A stretch of DNA of 47,772 nucleotides from Candidatus Staskawiczbacteria bacterium (GTDB taxonomy: Bacteria; Patescibacteriota; Minisyncoccia; Minisyncoccales; Staskawiczbacteraceae), in contig JBEKVX010000002.1 in the NCBI GenBank assembly GCA_049513595.1, forward strand, positions 1 to 47,772, written 5' to 3'. The translations under genes were made by a program, and so were the position numbers. The notes under the pieces were generated by a model, which was not told where the DNA came from, ran no database searches, and saw nothing but the letters and a program-made list of their open reading frames with translations. This document shows positions 30,233-39,269 of the stretch, piece after piece. Position 1 is the stretch's first letter. The number at the start of each line of letters is the position of its first letter.

Positions 30233-32020
30233 TCAAGCTCTGAAAACTTCCAAGAATGCTTTTGTGGGAACATTGACTCTTCCTTTTTGTTTCATCAGTT
30301 TTTTTCCTTTTTTTTGTTTTTCCAAAAGTTTGTTTTTTCTGGTCACGTCGCCGCCATACAAATATCCTGTCACATCTTTTCTTCTTGACCTAATTGTTTC
30401 ACGAGCAATAACTTTTCCGCCGATAATCGCCTGCAATGCAACAGAAAATTGCTCTGGAGGCAAAACATCTTTTAATTTTTCTACTAATTTTTTTCCTTCT
30501 CCGTACGCCTCGTCTTCAGCCACAATTCTTGAAAACGCTTCTTCTTTTTGTCCGGCAATTAAAAGTTCCATTTTTACCAATTTTGCCGGCCTAAATCCCA
30601 GCATTTTATAATTCATTGAAGCATATCCCTGGCTGGCTGTTTTTATTTTGTCATACAAATTTGCAATAATTCCTCGCAAAGGTGTTTCAAAAACAATAAT
30701 CGCTCTTTCCGGACTTAAATAATTTGTTTGGACATAATTTCCTTTGAGCATTTTTAAAATTTCCATTAATTTTCCCATATAAGAAACAGGACTGATAACT
30801 TCCAAAGAAACCCACGGCTCTTCGCAATTTTTAATTCTTGATTGGTCTGGCCAATCGCTTGCCGAATGGATTAAAATTTCTTTATTTTTGTTATCAAAAA
30901 TTTTATAAACAACTGACGGCGTTGAAATTACCAAATTCAAACCAAATTCCCTTTGCAAGCGTTCGGAAATAATTTCAATATGCAAAGTTCCCAAAAATCC
31001 GCAGTTAAATCCCCTGCCCAGCGCCTCTTTCATTTCCTGCTCAAAAACCAAAGCCGGGTCATTTAATTTTAATTTTCCCAAAGCCACTTTCAACACATCA
31101 AAGTCGTCTGGATTTTCAGGATACAAGCTGGCAAAAACCATTGGTTTTGGTTCTTGATATCCAGGTAAGGCCTCTGCATTTGAATTTAATTTAATAATCG
31201 TATCTCCGGCATGAACTTTTCCCGGTTCTTTAATCCCAGTTGCAATATATCCAATGTCTCCGGCTTTAATTTTTTGTTGCGCTGAAAATCCGGGATTTAA
31301 ATATCCCAATTCTTTTACTTCGGCAGGAGTATTTGTTGCCATCAATTCAATTTTTTCTCCGTTTGAAATTTCGCCGTCAACAACGCGCACAAACGCAATC
31401 ACGCCCTTGAAAGAATCATACTCCGAATCAAAAATTAATGCGCGAAAATTGTTGTCCGTGCTTTCACGCGGCGCTGGCACATTTTTGATTATTTTTTCCA
31501 AAACCTGCTGCACGTTCGTTCCGTCTTTTGCAGAAATTTTTATAATTTCTTCGGGCATCACATTCAACAAATTTGAAAGTTCTTCAACCGTCTCGTCAAT
31601 TTTAGCTATTGGACTATCAATTTTATTTACAACCGGAATAATTTTTAAATTTTGAGATTTTGCCAATTCCAAATTCGCCAATGTCTGCGCCTGAATTCCC
31701 TGAGTTGCATCAACCAAAAGCACAGCTCCCTCAACTGCTTCCAAACTTCTTGAAACTTCATAAGAAAAATCAACATGGCCCGGCGTGTCAACCAAATTCA
31801 AAATGTAATCGGTGCCCTCAAAATTATAATTCATTCTGATGGCTTTTAATTTTATGGTAATTCCCTTTTCTCTTTCTAAATCCATTGAATCCAAAAACTG
31901 CGGCATCATCTTCTTTGGGTCAATTGTTCCGGTCAACTCAAGCAACCTATCGGCTAAAGTCGATTTCCCATGGTCTATGTGAGCAATTATTGAAAAATTT
32001 CTAATATTTTCCTGGCTCAT
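30233..32020 (-). CDS. lepA: Translation elongation factor 4
   Basis: NFSIIAHIDHGKSTLADRLL, DTPGHVDF, NKID, and the full-length LepA C-terminal domain pattern. Confidence 0.95.
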   Translation of the reverse strand: MSQENIRNFSIIAHIDHGKSTLADRLLELTGTIDPKKMMPQFLDSMDLEREKGITIKLKAIRMNYNFEGTDYILNLVDTPGHVDFSYEVSRSLEAVEGAVLLVDATQGIQAQTLANLELAKSQNLKIIPVVNKIDSPIAKIDETVEELSNLLNVMPEEIIKISAKDGTNVQQVLEKIIKNVPAPRESTDNNFRALIFDSEYDSFKGVIAFVRVVDGEISNGEKIELMATNTPAEVKELGYLNPGFSAQQKIKAGDIGYIATGIKEPGKVHAGDTIIKLNSNAEALPGYQEPKPMVFASLYPENPDDFDVLKVALGKLKLNDPALVFEQEMKEALGRGFNCGFLGTLHIEIISERLQREFGLNLVISTPSVVYKIFDNKNKEILIHSASDWPDQSRIKNCEEPWVSLEVISPVSYMGKLMEILKMLKGNYVQTNYLSPERAIIVFETPLRGIIANLYDKIKTASQGYASMNYKMLGFRPAKLVKMELLIAGQKEEAFSRIVAEDEAYGEGKKLVEKLKDVLPPEQFSVALQAIIGGKVIARETIRSRRKDVTGYLYGGDVTRKNKLLEKQKKGKKLMKQKGRVNVPTKAFLEVFRA

Positions 32021-32022
32021 TT

Positions 32023-33111
32023 CTATTTTCTTTTTAAAATTTTTACAATACCTTTGTTCGCGTCAACTTCAACCAGGTCGCCGTCTTTTAAAACCTGCGT
32101 GGCGATTTTTGTGCCAACGATACATGGCTTTTTCATTTCTCTGGCAATAATAGCTGCATGGCAAACAACTCCGCCTTCATCTGTGACAAATGCAATTGCT
32201 TTTTTCATTGCCGGTAAAATATCGGGCAAAGTCATTGGAGCTACAATTATATCTCCTGTCTTCACTTTATTTATCTGTCGCGCGCCATAAACAATTTTTA
32301 CAACGCCTCTCACTATTCCCTTAAACGCGGATTGTCCCTTAAATTCTTTTATGCTGTCATTTTTTACTATTTTTTCTAACTTTATATTAAATTTTTTTTC
32401 AATAAAATCTCTGTCTTTTCCTAAAAATAACTGATTGTCTGTAAAAAAATATCCCAAAGCTCTTTTTTTTAAAATTTTTATTGGCGGCGGATTGTCTTTG
32501 GCAATTTCTTCTATTCTTAACAGCGCGGTTAAGTTACCAAGCAACGGATAAATTTTTTTCAATGATTTGCGGACCGTAGCCTCAGAACCTGGAACAAAAA
32601 ATTCATATTCGTCTCTAAGTTTTACCAGCCGGGCAAAAGGTTCTGCGAGAACGTTTTTGTATTTATTGTATAATTCGGACTCCCAGCCCCACCAGACAGA
32701 TTCAAACCATGGCCAGATTTCTTCGCATTGTTGCAAATAAGCAAGAAGATTTTTCTTATCAAGTACCGGCTCTTTCAAAAAAATTGGTTTAAGTTTTTTA
32801 AGCTCTCGGCGGAATGGAATTTCAGCAAAATCATAACTGCCCGTCTCTTTTACTTTGTCTATTAAAAGTTGCTCCACCCACTCCACTCCCAAGGGATTGT
32901 AAAATCCGTTTGTAACAGACCCAATATTTTCAAAAACAATATATGGCAAATGCGGCTGTTTTTTCTCTGTCCAAACTTTTGGATTTGAGACCTCGCCCCG
33001 CCACCAAACTTCTAACATTGCCAAAGTAAAGTCCCTCGCAAAATAATTTTTATATATTGACTTTTTAATCATTGCATAGTCAATGTTATCAAAAAAATGC
33101 GCTTTAATCAA
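32023..33111 (-). CDS. PEP-utilizer mobile (swivel-His) domain protein with an unknown N-terminal domain
   Basis: C-terminus GDIIVAPMTLPDILPAMKKAIAFVTDEGGVVCHAAIIAREMKKPCIVGT. The track start is TTG; an ATG lies 12 codons in. Stop is 2 nt before the lepA start. Confidence 0.65.
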   Translation of the reverse strand: MIKAHFFDNIDYAMIKKSIYKNYFARDFTLAMLEVWWRGEVSNPKVWTEKKQPHLPYIVFENIGSVTNGFYNPLGVEWVEQLLIDKVKETGSYDFAEIPFRRELKKLKPIFLKEPVLDKKNLLAYLQQCEEIWPWFESVWWGWESELYNKYKNVLAEPFARLVKLRDEYEFFVPGSEATVRKSLKKIYPLLGNLTALLRIEEIAKDNPPPIKILKKRALGYFFTDNQLFLGKDRDFIEKKFNIKLEKIVKNDSIKEFKGQSAFKGIVRGVVKIVYGARQINKVKTGDIIVAPMTLPDILPAMKKAIAFVTDEGGVVCHAAIIAREMKKPCIVGTKIATQVLKDGDLVEVDANKGIVKILKRK

Positions 33112-33201
33112 TCGCCCTTCGACTCGCTTCGGCTCGCTCAGGGCAAGAAAAAAGCTCTAAGCAATCAGGGGGACTGCGAAGAGCCTGGCGAGTAAGCCGA
33201 G

Positions 33202-33660
33202 TCATGGCCGGGGTTCCAAATCTTCCGGCCTGATTTTGTCGATCGACAGATCAGGGTCGCCCGACGAATCGAGCAAGCGCCGCCAATCGGCTCTGCTTTC
33301 GTCATCCCCTCTTTTGCATTCGGCCTCGCGCTGGCATTTGATGCAACGAGTGGCGTACGGCAGGGCGTCGAGGCGGGCCATAGGAATGTTGGTCCCGCAA
33401 TCCTCGCAAATGCCGAAGCTGCCTTCCCGCATCCGCTCAAGGGCCTCTTCAATGCGGGCCAACTCGCGGTCCTCCACTTCGGCCAGTTGAGAGCTAATCT
33501 CATCCTGGACAGAATCCAGGGCCGAGTCAACCGCGTCCCCAGGTGGCTGCCCACGGAGCTCTTTTAGCAAGCTCAAGTCGCCAGCCAAAGCCCGGCGCAG
33601 GGCTTCACGTCGCCTAACGAGGACCTGGCGAATGTTCAAAATCATATCTTTCCGGCTCAT
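33202..33660 (-). CDS. DksA/TraR-family C4 zinc-finger protein
   Basis: CEDCGTNIPMARLDALPYATRCIKC. Start set at ATG 33660 (MSRKDM) after AAGGAGG. A sampled line (33421-33480) is 65% GC. Confidence 0.75.
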   Translation of the reverse strand: MSRKDMILNIRQVLVRRREALRRALAGDLSLLKELRGQPPGDAVDSALDSVQDEISSQLAEVEDRELARIEEALERMREGSFGICEDCGTNIPMARLDALPYATRCIKCQREAECKRGDDESRADWRRLLDSSGDPDLSIDKIRPEDLEPRP

Positions 33661-33837
33661 ACTATCGCCTCCTTGACATAGGGCCCAATATACAAGAATC
33701 AAAGATCAACATTTACCCTCACACCAAATTTTGGTTGTGACGGGCAAATTTGATTTTAATACTTTTCCGAACTTTGTCAATATACACGCTCCAATCAAAA
33801 AAGCCCGCTTTCGCGAACTTTTTTCATAAAATTATTT

Positions 33838-35199
33838 TTATTTCTCAATTAATTTTTCAACTTTTTGTTTCGCTTCATCTAATAACTCCTTTGCTTTTTT
33901 TCGGGCAATATGAGATTTCCTTACCAACTCAGAAATTTTTTGCTGAATATTATTTTCTAATTTGGGTAAAATAATTCTCCTTAAAGAAGAACTTGGTATC
34001 GCAGTTAAAATTGTACCTTGCGCTTCTCTCATTAATAATGATTTTATAATCAAAGATTTTACTAAAATTAAATTCACTTCTGGTTTAAAATATTTTTCTT
34101 TCAATATAAAAAATCCCGTCGAACCAACTAAATCTTTCACATCCTCATCTATTAAGGCGACTTTATCGGTTGAACCCTCAACAGAGGAAACAATCACATC
34201 ATTTTTTTGTAATTTCATTCTTGCTCTGCTCGGCAATTCTTTCCCTTTTATTGTTTGAATGTTATCAACCATTCCCAAATTTTCATTCACATCTGCCAAT
34301 TCAATATATTTATATTCTTTTTCCGGATTGATTTCAATTTTTTTATTCGATACTTCAATTAAATTGTCGAAACTATCAAAACCGTTTCTGTAATTTCTAA
34401 TTTTTGAAACTAATTTTTCATATTTTGATTGAAAATATTCCGCATCCATTCTGTTCGCATTTTTCAAATCGGATAAATTTGCAACACTAAACAGGCCTTC
34501 CTTGTTTTCAAAATCTTTCAATCCTAATTCTTCCAAAAGCAAACTTTCTGCTTGAGAATATAACGACTCGCTTTGTTCTCTAAATTTTATTATCTGTTCA
34601 TATAAATCTAGAAAATAAACTTGGTCTTTTTTCGTAATTAATGGTATTTCAATGTTCTCGATGTCAACCACATTTAATTTCAATTGTATGTTACCGCTTG
34701 CTTTTTGGAAAATTTGAGATTGTCCATATTTACTCAAAAGAAAAAATAATAAATAAACCTTTTCTTCTTGTGATAATTTTTTAAATCTAATACCTATGTT
34801 ATTTTCACTTATATTTACTTCTCCTAGATCATCCGAAATAACTGAAAGTCTGCCTACCGTCGCAATTTTTGAAAGCACAATATCTCCTGGCATTAAGTGG
34901 GTAGAAAAAATTCTTTTATGTTCTTCCGGAGAAATATAAACTAAACTATTTTTATTTATAAAAATATCCGAGATATCCCCTATTCTAATAAAAGGAATCC
35001 CCTCGGTTCTATACGATTCACTTTTTAATGTAGAACCGAAGGGGCCACTAAAAACTTTCTCTGCAAAATCTTTTAACGGCTTTGATTTTTGAGATTTAAT
35101 CTTCAATACCGAATTTAAATATTCCGGCTGATAATATTCAGCATCAAGCCGCAAAGCTCCTTCCAATTGAGATTTTTTAATTATTGAATAGGTAATCAT
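33838..35199 (-). CDS. hsdS: Type I restriction-modification specificity subunit
   Basis: Two TRD halves separated by conserved helical spacers (LDAEYYQP... / MDAEYFQSKYEKL...). ATG at 35199 preferred over the TTG at 35220, which would overlap the upstream gene. Confidence 0.85.
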   Translation of the reverse strand: MITYSIIKKSQLEGALRLDAEYYQPEYLNSVLKIKSQKSKPLKDFAEKVFSGPFGSTLKSESYRTEGIPFIRIGDISDIFINKNSLVYISPEEHKRIFSTHLMPGDIVLSKIATVGRLSVISDDLGEVNISENNIGIRFKKLSQEEKVYLLFFLLSKYGQSQIFQKASGNIQLKLNVVDIENIEIPLITKKDQVYFLDLYEQIIKFREQSESLYSQAESLLLEELGLKDFENKEGLFSVANLSDLKNANRMDAEYFQSKYEKLVSKIRNYRNGFDSFDNLIEVSNKKIEINPEKEYKYIELADVNENLGMVDNIQTIKGKELPSRARMKLQKNDVIVSSVEGSTDKVALIDEDVKDLVGSTGFFILKEKYFKPEVNLILVKSLIIKSLLMREAQGTILTAIPSSSLRRIILPKLENNIQQKISELVRKSHIARKKAKELLDEAKQKVEKLIEK

Positions 35200-35200
35200 T

Positions 35201-35821
35201 TTAATGTATATTTTCGTCAATTTTAATCAATCCAGCCTTCATTAATGTTTTTACGGTCTCACTTATAATTCTGTACATACTTAAAATATTTTGTCTTGCC
35301 TTATCGATTGTGTCTATCGGTTCTCCATCAAAATGAGCAGGAGTGTGCCGATAATAATGTAAAAACCTCTTCATTTCATTGACCATGTCTTTTATGTGCA
35401 TTTTTTCTTCGTTATCTAATGTTTTTGACTCTTTGGTTTTATTTCCAAGTTCTTTCAGTAAATTATCTATCGTTTCGTCTACCTTTTCTTCGTCAAAATA
35501 AGTTCCAACAAATTTAGGATTACCAGACGACGGTAGATTCAAATCTTTCGCTATTTGAAATAAAAATCCTTCGAAAGCCTTATAAGCAGGCGCTGTGAAA
35601 AAAGAAAAATCGTTGAATCTTTCCTTAAATTGTTCTTTCCATAAAATATCCAAATTTAATGAGTCTGCCAAGTGATTAATTACTCTTTCACTCAGATAGT
35701 GTAGGACAGCCATATCAAAATGATTGATTAAATCTCTTGTCGGTTGTTGTTTCCTCGCACTCCCTATGATTTGCGGGTAACTAGTACGTAAATTATATAT
35801 ATTTTCAAAATATTTACTCAT
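35201..35821 (-). CDS. Hypothetical protein with an Rx4H (HEPN-like) motif
   Basis: 206 aa, predicted helical. Motif YYRHTPAHF near the C-terminus. Sits between the protease and hsdS with gaps of 5 nt and 1 nt. Confidence 0.45.
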   Translation of the reverse strand: MSKYFENIYNLRTSYPQIIGSARKQQPTRDLINHFDMAVLHYLSERVINHLADSLNLDILWKEQFKERFNDFSFFTAPAYKAFEGFLFQIAKDLNLPSSGNPKFVGTYFDEEKVDETIDNLLKELGNKTKESKTLDNEEKMHIKDMVNEMKRFLHYYRHTPAHFDGEPIDTIDKARQNILSMYRIISETVKTLMKAGLIKIDENIH

Positions 35822-35826
35822 CTTTT

Positions 35827-36558
35827 TTATTTAACTTGATCAAATGAACTAATCAAAAAATCCTTCGCAATATTAATTGGTTGAGCAAATCCAATGTTTG
35901 TAAATATTTCAACTGGTTCTCCATCAATTATTAATCTTGGCGGTCTGCCCTTCATAAATGGGTCAAATCTACCCTTAATAATCGCTATTACATCGTTAGA
36001 GCCAGGGATAAAAACGGGTGCTCCACTATTTCCACTTGCTGTAACTGCGTCTAATTGTACTAATTCAACCGGACCCCCAATACGATTTTTTCTAAAGGCG
36101 CTTATAATACCCCTTGTTGCCGATGGCCTAATATCGCCACTTAATACGGTACCAAAAGGAAAGCCAACAAATGCAATATCTTGACCTTCTTGCAAATCGG
36201 AAGAATCTCCTAGTTTTATTTCTGATAAATTTTCTAAAATCGGGTTAATTTTTTCAATAATTATCTTAATTACTGCTAAATCTTTTTCAAAATCTACTGA
36301 AATAATTTTTCCAGGAAAACCCATCGGACCGTTTTCAGACATTATACCAATTTGTAACTGTGCGTCATTTCTGATCACGCCATTTTTAGATATTACATGA
36401 GCACACGTTGCAATCAATAAATTTTCTTTTGAGTATAAAAAGCCTGTGCCAACAATTGAGAGTTTATATGAGTTAGTAAAAATATCATGTTCGTTAAAGG
36501 CTATTGGAACGACAGACGGCTTAATTATTTTTATTGCATCTATTAGTATGTTTTGCAT
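35827..36558 (-). CDS. Cytoplasmic trypsin-like (S1) serine protease
   Basis: Triad contexts TCAHVI (His), DLAVIKI (Asp), GNSGAPVF (Ser). No signal peptide or PDZ domain. Confidence 0.8.
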   Translation of the reverse strand: MQNILIDAIKIIKPSVVPIAFNEHDIFTNSYKLSIVGTGFLYSKENLLIATCAHVISKNGVIRNDAQLQIGIMSENGPMGFPGKIISVDFEKDLAVIKIIIEKINPILENLSEIKLGDSSDLQEGQDIAFVGFPFGTVLSGDIRPSATRGIISAFRKNRIGGPVELVQLDAVTASGNSGAPVFIPGSNDVIAIIKGRFDPFMKGRPPRLIIDGEPVEIFTNIGFAQPINIAKDFLISSFDQVK

Positions 36559-36580
36559 AATTTTAAAAATTAGTTATTTA

Positions 36581-38524
36581 TTAAAAATTAAATTTTTGTT
36601 TTTTGGCGAAGTCGAAAAATGCTTCGGCGATTTCGTCTAAATCGTGGTCTAAAATTTTTCTGCCTTTTTGGTCGTGGATGTAGTTTCCGTTTGCATCTTT
36701 TTTATAAATGTAATCGCCGGAGTTGTCTTTGCCGGCTTTTTTGGAGACCGCCATAAAAATTGGATAATCTTTTAACAATTCGCCGGATTTGCCTCCCCAT
36801 TTTTGCAAAAATAAAACAGATGTTTTTGTTCCGGTGTGCGGTTTAAAAGTATTTCCGTGCAAGCCCACAACTGCCAAAATTCGCGCTTTATCAAAAAGAT
36901 ATTCTCTTACATATTCCATGCCGGTATTATTTAAGACACCTTGAGGTAAAACAATTGCCATTCTTCCGCCCGGCTTTATCATGTCTAGCGTTCTTTCTAT
37001 AAATAAAATATGGCGTTCAATTTTGTTAACCAATTTTCCTTTTTTTCTGCCAAACTCATATTGCCTTAATAATCCTTGGTCTTTTATTTCTCCTGCAAAT
37101 GGCGGGTTTGTCAGCAGAACGTCAAATCCAAAATTTTTAAAACTTTTTTTATTTTCTTCTTCCTCGGCGTAGTCCTTAAATTTTTCGAGCCGTTGTAAAA
37201 GTTCACTTCTTGCATGTAATTTATCTTTATCTTCGCCTTGCCATTCTCTTGTGTCTAAAGAATTTAATTTAAATAAATGCGACCTGCCGTCACCGGCAAT
37301 TAACATCAGCGCCCTTGAAACCTTGGCGGTTTCATCGGCAAAATCAATTCCATAAAGATATTCTTTTGCGTAGTCCTGTTTTTCTAATTCCGACTTCAAA
37401 TATTTTTCTTTTACATAATTCATACAAGCAATTAGAAATCCGCCCGAACCGCAGGCAGGGTCAATAACATATTCGTCTTTTTTTGGATTTAACATTTTTA
37501 CGGCCATTGCAATTGCATGCCTTGGCGTAAAATATTGCCCTTTTTTGCCTTTTGCAACTTCAGGAATTAAATATTCAAACGCTTCGTCAATAACCATCAA
37601 ATCCGAACCAAAAAGTTTTGTCTTTTCCATTTCTCCAATCACAATTGCCAAATGCTCTGGGGAAAGACGAATATTATCCTGCTCAAAAAAAGTTCCAGGC
37701 CATTTTTTAACTGCCGAATGAAACAAATTATTTATGGCAGAAAAAGTTTTATTTGGGTCTTTATATTTTCTGAATAAAATCTCTTCGCCGTCCCTTTTTT
37801 GCGCCTCTATTTCATCAAATAATTTTGCATATATCAATTTAAAAATTTCTGTGAAAACATCCACTCCGGCGTTTGCCAAAACCAATTCTTCAATAATTTT
37901 AATACTTTCTTTCAAGTCGGTTTTTGGGTCTAAATCGTCTAACGTTTTCTTTTCAGATAATAAGTCATCAATTGTTTTGCTTGCCGAAGGAATTTCCGAA
38001 AGAGTGTCTTCAAAATTATTAGGATAATTTCTATACAAAATTGTTTTTACTTCGCCGTTTGACCAAACGCCAATTTCGCAGCCCTCGGCGTTTAGATAAC
38101 TTTTTAGTTGGTCAATTCCTTTTTCAAAGTTTGGTTTTTTAACTTCAATAATAATGTATGGAGTTATTTTGTCATTTTTATAAACAACGATGTCGGCTCT
38201 GGCAAATTCCTTTGAGCCAAAATGAACGCTTTTTTCTGTGTCAATTAAATCAAAAGGATAACCATAAAATTTGTTTAATTTATAAAGCCAAAGCTGTCTT
38301 ACAATTTCCTCTGGTTTTCCGCTTTGTTTTGATTCGTCAAAAACAAACCTCTTACTGCCGGATTTTAAATCTTTCAGATAAAATCTGTCTTTTTCTTCTT
38401 CGGTTATTGTTAAAATATTTTCAATGTCAAAATCCTTAAATTCTTTTAAGCTGTAAATAGTTTCTGAATCATGGAAAATTTTATTAATTATTTCCTTTGT
38501 CTTGTTAATTTTTTGCGTTGGCAT
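36581..38524 (-). CDS. hsdM: Type I R-M N6-adenine methyltransferase with an HSDR_N-like PD-(D/E)xK N-terminal domain
   Basis: VIDPACGSGGFL (AdoMet site), LLTNPPFAG (NPPF). The N-terminal about 190 aa includes RADIVVY...YIIIEVKKP. Confidence 0.9.
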   Translation of the reverse strand: MPTQKINKTKEIINKIFHDSETIYSLKEFKDFDIENILTITEEEKDRFYLKDLKSGSKRFVFDESKQSGKPEEIVRQLWLYKLNKFYGYPFDLIDTEKSVHFGSKEFARADIVVYKNDKITPYIIIEVKKPNFEKGIDQLKSYLNAEGCEIGVWSNGEVKTILYRNYPNNFEDTLSEIPSASKTIDDLLSEKKTLDDLDPKTDLKESIKIIEELVLANAGVDVFTEIFKLIYAKLFDEIEAQKRDGEEILFRKYKDPNKTFSAINNLFHSAVKKWPGTFFEQDNIRLSPEHLAIVIGEMEKTKLFGSDLMVIDEAFEYLIPEVAKGKKGQYFTPRHAIAMAVKMLNPKKDEYVIDPACGSGGFLIACMNYVKEKYLKSELEKQDYAKEYLYGIDFADETAKVSRALMLIAGDGRSHLFKLNSLDTREWQGEDKDKLHARSELLQRLEKFKDYAEEEENKKSFKNFGFDVLLTNPPFAGEIKDQGLLRQYEFGRKKGKLVNKIERHILFIERTLDMIKPGGRMAIVLPQGVLNNTGMEYVREYLFDKARILAVVGLHGNTFKPHTGTKTSVLFLQKWGGKSGELLKDYPIFMAVSKKAGKDNSGDYIYKKDANGNYIHDQKGRKILDHDLDEIAEAFFDFAKKQKFNF

Positions 38525-38537
38525 AAATTTATTTTTT

Positions 38538-39173
38538 TTAATTTATTGATCGCCATGTTCCCTTTTTAAAAACTGAAATTACTTTACCAATAATTTCCAT
38601 ATTATCTCTAAAAGGGATGTTTTTGTACTTCGGATTTTCTGATTTTAAATAAACGTATGGCGGCTTATCTTCTGAAACAAATCTTTTAACCGTTCTGTCT
38701 CCAGCAACATCGGCTAAAACAATATCTCCTGAAACAAACTCTTTTTGATTTTGAATTAAAACCGCATCACCGTCTTCAATGTTGGCGTTAATCATAGAGT
38801 CGCCAATAATTTTTATTAAAAACACATCCTCCTTGAGTTGGGCCACATCTGTTGAAACTTCCTGCCATTCTCCAGAAATTTCTAACGCATCTATTGGCGA
38901 CCCGGCGCTCGCCGAACCCAGCATGGGAATTAAAGGGTTTCTTTTTAAAATTTTATTGCCAAGCGGCAAAATGGTTAAACTTCTTGCAGACGCCTCGTTT
39001 TTTTTCAAAAGTTTTTGTTCTTCTAATTTTTTTAGAAGATCAATAATTGATTGATTCGAAACTACGCCTAAACTTTCCCGCATTTCTTCAAATGTTGGAG
39101 GATAGCCCGTGTCTTTAATATAATTGTAAATAATCTCTAATAATTGTTTTTGTCTTTTTGTAATTTTTTCCAT
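38538..39173 (-). CDS. lexA: LexA-type repressor (winged-helix plus S24 peptidase)
   Basis: KRQKQLLEIIYNYIKDTGYPPTFEEM... DNA-binding domain. GDSM (Ser) and VKRF (Lys) dyad. Start set at ATG 39173 (MEKITKRQ); the longer track ORF overlaps the promoter. Confidence 0.8.
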   Translation of the reverse strand: MEKITKRQKQLLEIIYNYIKDTGYPPTFEEMRESLGVVSNQSIIDLLKKLEEQKLLKKNEASARSLTILPLGNKILKRNPLIPMLGSASAGSPIDALEISGEWQEVSTDVAQLKEDVFLIKIIGDSMINANIEDGDAVLIQNQKEFVSGDIVLADVAGDRTVKRFVSEDKPPYVYLKSENPKYKNIPFRDNMEIIGKVISVFKKGTWRSIN

Positions 39174-39179
39174 TAAATC

Positions 39180-39209
39180 ATTATAACTGACTAAAAGGTC
39201 GGGTGTCAA
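39180..39209 (-). promoter_or_regulatory. Consensus sigma-70 promoter giving a leaderless lexA mRNA
   Basis: Minus strand: TTGACA (39204-39209), an 18-nt spacer, TATAAT (39180-39185), then 6 nt to the ATG at 39173. Confidence 0.65.
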
Positions 39210-39230
39210 TATTCAAGGATGTGAATAACT

Positions 39231-39253
39231 AAAAAACCCGTGGAAACGGGTTT
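39231..39253 (-). terminator. murJ terminator
   Basis: Minus strand reads AAACCCG-TTTCCA-CGGGTTTTTT. Confidence 0.75.
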
Positions 39254-39269
39254 ATTGTATGCCCTCGAT

